Shown here piece after piece: positions 11,062 to 23,000 of a stretch of DNA of 64,000 bases. The notes under the pieces are model-generated. The model did not search any database and was not told the origin of the DNA. It worked only from the letters and a program-made list of their open reading frames with translations. The DNA comes from Mizuhopecten yessoensis (lineage: Eukaryota): contig NW_018407282.1 in NCBI RefSeq assembly GCF_002113885.1, positions 1,019,469-1,083,468 on the forward strand, given 5' to 3'. The position numbers and the translations under genes are program-made. Numbering within the stretch: the first letter of the stretch is position 1; the number at the start of each line of letters is the position of its first letter.

Positions 11062-14000
11062 ATGGGGACTATCGGTGACACCGTACTTAAACAGTTTGGA
11101 CCTTCGGAAGAGGAACAACCGGAACAATCAACACCAATACAAGAAGAATACATTTCAGCTAGAGAAGATCGAGTACCAGCTGACGAAAATACCCAAGGCA
11201 CTGATATCGATTTGCCCATTCAGCACGATCCGAAAGGGGAACCTTCTGACAAGTCGAAGGCTGTGCCAACCGGATGTGAAATCATCTACCAACGTGACAA
11301 CTTTGAAGACTATGATTATGCAGCAGACGTTGATACTGTCAGTGATGATAGTGATGTCCAGGTACATCACAGCTCTCAAATCATTCAAACTAAAACCGGA
11401 AACGACAGCAGTGTCAGTAAAAATGCACACATAGATCTCAGCTCCTCTGACAACGAGGCAAGCATGTGTGGACGTTCCACTCCCGAAGACGACGTGGAAA
11501 TCGAGGAAGTAGATCTAATAAAAAGATCACACGAGTTGGATGAGCTTATTGCTGAAGCATACCTCATGATCACGGCAAAAGAACCTGAGAAAGCACGCAA
11601 AATTGTCACCGATATTTGCGGCCGACTTGACCAATCTTATAACAGTGACAAGGACTATCAGTATCTTGATTACAGTAACTACTTTCACGAATGTGCCGAA
11701 TTGTACCGACAGGTAAGTAATAATTCTCAAGCGACAGATCGTTAAAAATAAGACACCACACACATGCTATCCATAACATTCATAATAACCTTCAAATTAA
11801 TTATCTCCCTTTGGTCAGATTTTACAATTCTTATTTGAATGTTTTCTCGTTTTATTAAAATTGAGAGCTACACATGAAGCTTTTTTCTCATTCAAGGTTG
11901 CTGACCCAAGCAATGCCGTGAAGATGTTTTATAGAGGTAAGTAGTAATTAGTGGAGTGTAGGAAGGAATAAGAAGCATGTAGTAGTTAGAGATATGAAGT
12001 AATTAGAGGCATAAAGTAATTAGAGGTATGAAGTAATTAGAGATTTGAAGTTATTAGATGTATGTAGTAATTAGAGATTTGAAGTTATTAGATGTATGGA
12101 GTAGTTAGTGGTATGAAGTACATGTACTAAGCGTTATGTAGTGTTTAGAGGTATGAGGTAATTGGAGGTATGAAGTAATTAGAGGTATGAGGTAGTTGGA
12201 GGTATGTAGTAATTAGATGTATGAAGTATTTAGATGTATGTTGTAATTATATATTTGAAGTTATTAGATGTATGGAGTAATTGGAGGTAAGAGGTAGTTA
12301 GAGGTATGTAGTAATTAGAGGTGTGAGGAAATTGGAGGTATGTAGTAATTAGAGGTATGATGTAATTAGAGGTATGAAGTAATTAGAGGTATGAGGTAGT
12401 TAGAGGTATGTAGTAATTAGAGGTATGAGGTAAGTGGAGGTATGAAGTAATTAGAGGTATGTAGTAATTAAAGGTATGATATAATTAGAGGTATGAGGTA
12501 ATTGGAGGTATGAAGTAATTAGAGGTATGAGGTAATTAGAGGTATGAGGTAGTTAGAGGTATGAAGTAATTAGAGGTATGTATTAATTAGAGATATGAGA
12601 TAATTGGAGGTATGAAGTAATTAGAGGTATGAAGTAATTAGAGGTATGAAGTAATTAGAGGTATGAGGAGGTTAGAGATATGTAGTAATTAGAGGTATGA
12701 GGTATGTAGTAATTAGATGTACATGTATGCAGTAATTAGAGGTACATGTATGCAGTAATTTAAGGTATGAAGCAAGTAGAAATAATCTGAATTTAGAAGG
12801 ATGTAGTAATTAAGTTATTCTTGCGTTTGGAAAATCAGCAAAAAATGATGTTATTAAAATACTGATATTGAAATCATTAACATATCAAGATTATAGTGTA
12901 AGGAAAATCCCTATAATTTAAATATGTAAATACATTTACATATATGTAATTGAAAGACATTAATATTAAATATTTTGATTAAAGCATACTTTTCATTACT
13001 TTTAATGAACAAATTACTTTGTAAATTACTAATATAAGTTTTTAAATACGCGGACTACTGTAATCAGTATAGCCTACTTATTATACTATTTTCTGCAATA
13101 ACTTTTATAAGTTTAAACATTTCGCTCCGAATTCATCAGTATGGTGTTGTTGTTTTTTTATTAATTCCATGGTATCGCACGTGATATTGCGTCAGCTGTC
13201 TTGTCTTCGCCTACTGTCGTGTTGGGGATAATCTAACTATCCATATTATTATAGTATAAATATATATATATTGATATATATTTGCGTAGTACTCTTAATG
13301 CTTTAGCAAATTAGTCGAAGGCTTTTTATAGTACTTGTATGATAATCGTTCAAAAGACGATTAGTCATTGTGATTGTTGCGAGGAGGCAGTTGCTTATTA
13401 TTAGATGATTAATATAGTATCATATATATTATACAATTATGGACTTTTGTGCTGGTGAATTTACCAGCACAAAAGCCCATAACTATTTTATTATATGCTT
13501 CAACAATAAAATAAAACTAAACTAAAGGTTCTGTAAAATTTAGCCAGGTTTGAATACAACAGTTCATTATTGTAGCTTTCAAAGGTATCGTCTAGATTAT
13601 TTTTCTTAAGATAAGCATGGAGGACATGCACTGCGTGTCCAATGACCTTTTAACGTTAACAGCATCTTTATCCTCGAATAGTTTTGGTAATTTTCTGATG
13701 TAACGGAGGAGAAACGTTCGCCAGCAGCCATCTTCTAATGTCGTCTGACATATCGCGTTCCAGTCTAACTGCGCATGCGCTACGAAAGGTTCCGGGGAAT
13801 TTCCATACAGGCTATATTTAGAAATCGATATTCACCGGATAACCAGTCTACATGACTTTTTGAGGACTGGTCACGTGTATAGTATCCGACCAATGTGATT
13901 GCGAGAAATGTTCATGCATATAATAATAATAATTGTATAACGATATAACTATTAATTTATTTCAGGTGTCTTACACCAGGAAACTGTGATCGTTACACAC

Positions 14001-17000
14001 CACTTAATGATCGCTGCATTGCTTTGGGAAGAGCTTATAAATTCAACAGTATTATTACAAGTATGTTGGATTGTTTCATTTATCATCAATGCAAGTGGTT
14101 ACTTTCACATACATTTGACTATATCTAACGAACAAGTGAAACATTTTAATGTAACATAATTGTTTTCGTTACAGAAAAAAGCAAGATAAACAAAACCATA
14201 TCTCGAATTCAAAATCGATGAATCAGAGGCATGACATGAACAACAAAATTACACGGGGCCTCTGTATTCCCCGTAAACAACACAGAATAAGACTACGTGT
14301 TTCGGAGAAATACGCGTCAGCTGCTATATCGACAAAATACGTCACGATAAATCCAAATCAAACTAAAAAAAAAATATCAGATAAGAACTGAGATGCTGAC
14401 AAAGAAACCGTGAAGCACACTAATGAACATTAAAAGTCGAAGTTCATATGAAACAAGGAAATATTTCAGAACGATATCATGATGGCGACCATAGCTTTCT
14501 ATCAATAAGTATCAAACTGCATTTCCAAAGACTCTGTACTTTTATGTTTTTCCATCAGCAATTCATCTTCCATTCGACTTTCATCATGGCAGTCGTAATT
14601 CAATGATGCAATGTAATTTTCGAGATAATTGTTATCGTTAATTGGGATGATTACAATGTTAATTAATTAAATCTGAACGGCAAGGTATCAAACAATTAAA
14701 CATAGAGTTAATGAATAGAACACAACATGTAAATCTTAATTATAAAACGCCCACAACATACATTGTACATGGGTTTTGAATAAGACAGATGTATTTCTTT
14801 GTTATATAACAATACATACTAACTGTACAATCTTGAATACTGAAATATGTTAACGAGTTATTAATTAAAAGCATTCTGTTTATGTTATAAGGAGGTCTTA
14901 AGCATCGCACATGGGATACAGATCCTCGCAGACATCAAGCTAGAACAGTCGGGTGGAACAGCGGTCCAAGTGCCTTTGTGTATTTATAATGACCTTATGA
15001 TGACCTTCAAAACAATTCAGATACAGAACCCACGGTGCACTGGTGCAAAGGAAGGGAAACTTAAAGCGATGCTTCCGTGGCTAAGATGTCTCCTTACTAG
15101 TGTAAGTGTGGTCTTTTTACACTTTAACCGTTAATATTCACCTCTGGGATTAATACCTTCGAAATGTGGCGTATCATCACGACCACAATAATTTTATATA
15201 TAGCGAATTATGCAAATTAACCATTTGTTTAAACAATAATAAAACATGATGTTTTATTTCCATAGGGTGTATCACCTCACATCGTAACAGGTATATGTAA
15301 AGGAGGTAAGTACTCGTTGTTTGTTATGTTTAGACAATAAACGAAAACTTAGAAGGTTGATCAGATTTAAATGTAGACATTTGGCAGAATATATAAAAAC
15401 AGGTTGAAACAATTATATTATGATTACAAAATACTGTATCTAGATGTACAATGCCATTTATTTTTTATTGGTGTAATTAATTGGAAGGAGCCTGTCGGTC
15501 CATATAGCTGTTATATACAGTAACATTTTCAATTCTGTAGCAAACATGTAGATAAACCAATTTATTCCTGTTATGTCCTCTGTTACTGGGGTAAATACAT
15601 TAATTTAACATAAAATCTCCGTTTTTAGCATAAAGCATGACTTTTTAAAAAGCTAGACATGTTAAGCATTAAAGTACTTTTCATTTACACCACAAAATGT
15701 TATGAAATTGCACATCATCTTAAGTCCATGTATAAATCTCAATTAGTCTTTATTTTCCTATTGACAATCTGTAAAAAATACATCACTGATGAGGGTTAAC
15801 TATGAATTTCTAACGGCCTCGTCCATTTTGATTTGAGGTTTGTATGTCTCTCAAGAGCTATTAAAAGAGAAATTAAGCTCTGTGTGACCCATGTATATAA
15901 ATGAACTTTAGCAAATATGTCATTTCGTAGCTTTCAGTACGATCACTTAAGGGAATGACATGTTATAAGTGCGGTGAACTAATTCTATTGAGATATCTGA
16001 GAAATTTGAATTCCAACGTTTAATTTTGGTCTTCAAATATAACTTATCAGGTGATTGAAATTAAGATGAATAACGTTTTTCTACAAACATCTTGATCATG
16101 AAGCATTCCGCAGTAAGCTACAAAACATGCTAAGATAACGTTAGTTATTGTCTTTAGTCCTGAAGGAGTATCCTGACAACGCTTCAATCCTTGAAATATG
16201 GGCACGTGCTTTACTTGGTATGGGAAAACTTGATCTGGCGCTGAGGAAGACAGAATCTGCACTTCTTTATGTGAAGGTACTTTGGTCGTTGCGATTATTA
16301 AATATTATTCATTACGTCTTTGTGGCCCTGCAGGTAGGGCGTCAGAATTGTACCTGCTGCCCCCAATTGCATGATCGTAAGAGGCGACTAAATTTGGGAC
16401 CTTATTTATCTCTTCTCTCCTTTCTGATTAACTTTCTTTTTCCTAAAGTCTCCCTTGACAATGCCTCACTTTTGGCCATTTGTTGAGCGTTCGCCCCTGT
16501 GAGGAAGGCTTTGGGTTCTGTCCCCTGGCCGAGACATATCAAAGTCTTTAAAAATGGTAGTTTATACTCCTGCTTAACGCTCAGCAAATTAGGAGTGGGA
16601 CGACTGGTTCGCCTGTTGTCAGTATAATGTGGCCGGGTGGGGCGTCCTGCTGGGTGTCTTCGGCAGTATGTTTCAGTGAGGTAGCACTATAAATCCGGCA
16701 TCAGTTCCGCGCTATCACAAGGAGACAAACACGAACATATCGCAGCCTCCCAAAAAACACACATATACACTACACGCATGCATCTTGCCCACAGGGGAGG
16801 CCGTCCTTAAATGACCTTAGCTGTTAATAGGACGTTAAACAAAATAATCAAAAAAATCAAAAAAAATCATTACGTCTTTGTGTACTTAACCTTATTTTCA
16901 TGTTTCAAGTATGCAACAAACGTGCTCATTTTGATATAGATGTTTACAAACATTTAAAGTTAACATATGGGACTGGTACGTTTGAATTATCTCCGATAAT

Positions 17001-20000
17001 TTATTATTTCAATTCATTACTACTCATAAATTACTCGACGTGGTCAAAAACATTTGTTTTAAATTTTAACAGAATCCAAAGCAGAAATCTGAATTGGAAG
17101 AATTACAAAGGGATCTTACTGCAGGAGTTAGGACATCCATCAGAGCAGTAGATGACAGCTCGCCTATTATGTCGTGGATAGAAGGTAGCAATTACATGGA
17201 ACCTCATAGGGTAAGTTATTTTAGATCCAGTCATTAAATATCGTTACTGATCCTGGTCCTTATTTTATATGTTCATATGTCATTTAAATTTAATCTATCA
17301 TATTCATAATCTTTGTTTTTGATAAACCGTACATTTTATCTTACAGAACAGCCCCCAAGTTGAGAAATTAAAGGAAAATCATGTCAAGAAACCCCATCGT
17401 AGGCGTGAGTACAGCTTTATGAAACATTACATGATATTAGACCACGAATCAGAAATCAAGTGTGTTCTTGAAATCTTTTATATTATACTGTTGATGCATT
17501 GTTACAGCTTCGTTTTACATAGACAAACAAGGGTATTTTTTTTTAATTTCAGCCAAAGCTAGGAAATCGACATTGGCTACTTGTCTAGATTTTGCAAGTG
17601 AGGTTGACAAAAAGAAGGAAACAGCACGTTCAAGTTCAGCATCGCCATATTGGGATAGTCATATTAAGAAGAAACGCCGACGACGTAATACAGCTGGATC
17701 CGATGTATCATCGACTGGAAATGGAAAGAGCCTACAACAAGATTTGCTAGAAGAAAAAGTCTACATCGCAGGCTTGGGAGAAGGCGACGACCACTCAATA
17801 GAAAGCGATGAAGAATTTGACGTTTCAGAAATATTAAGATCGAGTATATTTGATTTGGACTTAGGAGACCCTGATGAAAGCTCCGATGGGGAATCCATAA
17901 GAAACGCTGATGTTGAATCAATGTTTGAACAAAGTATTGATGTCGACACAGAAAACGCTGAGGAAGGCATACAAGAATGCGAACAGCTCTTGATCATACA
18001 TGGAGCGGAGCTTTCTCCTAGATTCATTGCCAAATGTGCCTTTCAGGACAAAAAGAACTATTACACCAATAGCCTGTCGATTGACGAGCTCAAGGATTTG
18101 ACCAGAAAGGATCCAGGACGATTCAAGAAATGTACGCTAAAGATAGAATCAGCTCACAAGGCTATATGTGGACTGTTACAACCAGAAGGTGATCTGAAGG
18201 AAATAGAGATCAGCGGCAGATCGAAATGCGGAAAAAACTTCATGGAAGATGAAGTTGTCGTCGAAATACTTAACAATGATCAAAAACAGTCCGATGTTAT
18301 ACCTCGTTTAAACAAAAAACTGAAGACTACTGGAGCAGAGACAAAATATGGAAAGGTTGTTGGTAGACTGAGTAGGAAACGATTTCGCGACATAGAACAC
18401 CCAGTGTTGGTTTGTGGACTGGATGAGCTTGAATACCATTTAATGCGACCGCTCGACAAAACCGTGCCTAAGTTACACATATTCAACAAGCATGTTGAGA
18501 ACAATTTCCAAGTCGAGGTTTACGATTATGACTCTTGTTCTTGTGATTTGAAATTCAGCAATGTTGTTAACATTAATCCTGCTCAAAAACACAGTTACGT
18601 ATTTCTTGTTGTATTCATACGCTGGGATGCAGTTTATCCTCTAGGAGCAGTGATCAAAGTCATGAGATCTGACGGAGGAATAAACAGTGGCTTGAAAATC
18701 CTAGAGTTGCAGCATCAAGTGCCAACAACCTACAACCATGATACGATTCAAAGTGTTCAAAGTATCATGAGCACAATGCCGGAAGAACCTGCTCCGATTC
18801 TAACAGAAGATAGAATAGACTTTTCGGAATCACTGTCCGTATTCACGATTGATCCGAAGGACTCGAAAGATCTTGATGATGGACTTAGCATCCAACGACT
18901 TTCAGACAATGTTTACGAGGTCGGAGTCCACATTGCAGACGTTACAAGCTATGTACACAAAGGAGACGCAATTGACGAAGAGGCGAAATCTAGGGCAACA
19001 ACATTCTATCCAGGACACGCAAAACCACCCTACCACATGTTGCCCGAACCACTAAGTCAAAATCTATGCAGTTTACTCCCAAACAAGAAGAAACTCGCTC
19101 TCTCTGTCTTTTTGTACTTTAGTGCTGACGGAGAGTTAATCCGTCAACGCACAAGCATAAAACAAACCGTAGTCAAATCGAGAAGACAGTTCAGCTACCA
19201 GGACGTTCAAGATATAATCCTTGATTCAACGGTTGACGATGAAACAACCTCCTCTGATATCATTGATTTGTTTCGAATTGCAAAGGGATTGCGCTGGAGA
19301 AGACTAGGTGAATCGATGCATTCATTTCCAATAGAAGTGGATTTGCTGAACGGGAGGGAAAGTGAACGAATGTTCGACACTCTAGAAGCTCATTTCCTTG
19401 TTGAAGAATTTATGATATTAGCAAACATGACCGCTGCCTCGCTGGTGAGCTCAAGCTTTAGGGACTGCGCTCTTTTGAGATGCCAGAATGCTCCACCTCC
19501 TGAGAAAGTGAATCAATGGCTGAATGATTATCCAAGGATTGCTGATGTCATTTTGAAACTACAGAACATAAAGCCAACTCCACAACGACAACTTAAAATA
19601 GCTAACGCTCCAAAGGCAAGGTACAGAGTCGTTATTGAACTGCAAAAGTGGATTTGGTCTTGTTTAGAGCAGCATGTCAAAGATGGAAACTACAGGGATG
19701 CATGCAAACTGATCGGCAGTGATGAATTCCACCCCGAACAAGCAATCGCATGGAACGAATGGATATGTTTTCAGGAGCACGCCGAGTATAGATGTCTTGG
19801 CTCTATGAAAAACCGTAAGGAAAGGTTTCATTTCACACTCAATATTTCTCCGTACACACATTTCACGTCACCGATTCGACGATATGCAGATATAGTGACC
19901 CATCGTCTTGTCCACGCTGCCCTTAACAAAAAAGAAGTACCCTATACGCGATGCGAAATTGAGGATATCTGTTACCACATCAATGAGGTTTCAAGAAGGG

Positions 20001-23000
20001 CGAAACAGTACAGTAAGCAATGTAGAGCTCTGCATTATGGCCACGTTCTGCGACGTAACCCTGCCATGTTCAATGGCTTCATAGAAACAGTTTCCGATAA
20101 ATGTATCCAGCTCTGCATTCCAGGGATGCAAGGTCTACCACAAAACTGTAGGGAATTGCAACTCAACCTACTTGGTGTGTCACGGAAACCAGACATAATA
20201 AAAGACCGAGATGACGATAGACCATTTGACATTCTGACTTTAGCCTGGCAAAAGCGCCTTTACTCCCATAGAGGCTATGCTCCATCCACGAGAGGTCTTG
20301 AGAACATTCGGGTTGATCCACACCAGAGAGCCATCTTTCAACAATATTTACGTTGGCAGGATCTTTTGAAGGTTTTGGTTCACGGAGACACTAAATTGCT
20401 GAAGAAGAACTTCGCTGTAAACGCTGACTATCAGGAAGGAGATCAACTGAAATCATATGTTCCGGCATGCACATCGACGGTCGTTGACGTAAGTTCAGAA
20501 GTCAGGCAGGGGGCCATAACAAAGCATTTCTGTGAGTTCAGCATGTCCTTCAACCATGCTCAGATTCTGTTAGTGCAGATTGGTGCAGAGCCACAGAAGG
20601 GAGTACTTGTACCAACTCCTCAGATCTTAGAACTTACAAATAATTTCATACTGTGTTTACAGCACACAAGTGACCCTGTTAAATACTTGGCTAAGTATGC
20701 GACAAGAAAAGCCCACACTGAAAACTACAAATCCATAGCCGAATATCTCGAAGTGTGGCTGTCGCTGATACGCATGGAAGCTGCAACAATGGCGGGGCAC
20801 GATGACGCAATCACCGTCAATGATCTCCCTGTTAAACTGAATGAAAAAGATGGTACTTTTTCAATGACCATGGATTTTTGTGAAGACAGAAACATTGAAT
20901 TCAGTAGCATGTCAATGGAATTCATTTTACATGGAAACGAAGATGACGAAAATAGCGATGAAACAAAGTACGTTCCTAGTTCAGACTTCCTTTGTCTGAA
21001 GTGTCGTTACGAGGTAGATGACGTCATCTACAAAGGTCTCAAAGGAAGCCCAGGAGAACAAAGGATATGGCTAGCGCACGGACAGGTGGATAAAATAAAG
21101 AAAATGAAGAAAATGGGAAGAATTGAAGTACACTTTTTGCTTCATCCTTCCAGCCAGAGCCTACCACCACAACTGTTGAACAGTGAGAGGAAACCTAAAT
21201 GTAGCGTTGAGATCATGGCGAAACCAGAATCCAATAGGTCTGTTCATGTTTATTTTATACAGAATTACTTGAATATTCAATTGATTTTATTATAACCTTC
21301 ATGCTTAACTTTGCAAGAGTTCCGAATTTCATTGAAATAATTGTTACAAAAAAAATATCACGGTGTTTTATATTCAGAATCAAATTAACTGAAAATCGAT
21401 GTAACGCGATTCGAAAAAAACCCACATTATGACATTGTTTTCCATTAAATATTCCTAGGAGAACGGAGGCTGCCTTACTTTGTTTGGATAAGGCAAACGG
21501 TTTGGCGCAGAAGATAGCTATGCGATTCAAGATTCCAGCCCTAGGTTTGTAGTGCACAGTTTTTATTTCATTATATCTCGCGACCATGATCGTAATTGCA
21601 GTATCAGATTTTGACAGTTTCATTCTTGTAGTATGATACGTTCCTAACGTAATTCTCAGGATTAGATTTATGATATAATGCGTGCTATACTAATTCACAG
21701 TTAACTATTTGTTTCATGATTTTTCTAATTCTCAGTCTCATGTTGTAATATGACTTTCTTAATAAATAACTAATTTTATGTTTCATATGCTCTTATAGCA
21801 ATACTTAGTTCTATGTTTGCGACATGTATACCAATTCCAGCTAAGTGGCTGTACAACCATTCACTCTTTAACTATCTCTTAGCCTTATGTTTATGATATT
21901 AAGAGCTCATGTGCTAAGTATTTTTTGAAGTTTATAGTAATAATTATCATTTATAAACACATATTAGTGACAAAAGAAATACTTACTACAGTAAATAAGA
22001 CAGGAATCTCAATTTTTGATTTCATTTTGCATTTTATTATCGTGAAGCTGTCTTTTAGTAGTAGGCATTTATATTCTTTTAAAAAACCCGCTGTGATTAT
22101 ATTTCAATCTCAAACTGTTTTTATTTTCAAGTAAGAGCATATCTTTGATACATCATTTAAACAAAATACATTGAAAAAAATCTTTCTTGAGAATTTATAA
22201 CTAAAAGAAGAAGAAAAAAGGTGTTCCTCGTGTAAAAAAGCAATGGAGCTAGACAAGGATTCAAACCGTTAACGACACCCAATTGATATACTGTCGCCCT
22301 AACCAACTCGGATTCCTGTTCAGCGGTAGTAAACTGCCCCGATGGCGGAAGGTTACTTAAGAAGGTTCGGTTTCAAAGAAAGAATACAGTGTATTCTCTA
22401 AAGTTTCGCCTGCAATGCCACAGACAAACATTTCTGACCTAACTTTGCAGCAGATTATCTCATGTTCTTAATGCAAAACATTTACTTGCAGACAAAAACC
22501 ACTTGGCGTTAGCGAGAAGAATGGAGGCAGAAGTTGACGTAGTGGGCCTAGCCCGGAACAACACCAAGCAATATCAGGCTATACAACAGGCCCTTACCAA
22601 TAGATTTACTCTAATTCAAGGTCCTCCAGGTAAGGAGATTTCTGCAGACATTAGCATATACATGATGATGTAGAACATAGAATTTGCGTTTACTCTTCCC
22701 AAGCTCCTTCGCGGTTCACTTCTTCTTTTGTGTCTTTATGATTGGATTTCTGTTGCTCCAGGTCCCGCTGTTAACTTTTCATATGAGTTTAGATTTACCT
22801 ATACTTTTATGCTAGGTATATTGCTGTCTAATTCGTGTAACTGTTTTATAATATTGATTCGATTACATGTTTGTATCAATGAATTTTAGGATAAACGCCA
22901 AATGTTATCTACGGAGAAAATATCATTATTATCATTATCATCATTTAGATGAACATTTTCAGACTGTAAGTGCACCATCTTACTGTAACTAACATTTGAT

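Noticed and set aside
17573-21295. Stand-alone 1240-aa bacterial-type RNase R/DIS3L2 gene (and 47601-51314)
   Set aside because: It starts at TTG just after a splice acceptor, ends in intron read-through, and splices in phase to flanking exons; it is one exon of a larger gene.
22240-22320. Minus-strand tRNA-like remnant in an intron (also ~52385-52460)
   Set aside because: Only degenerate box A/B remain; an old repeat fragment too decayed to classify.
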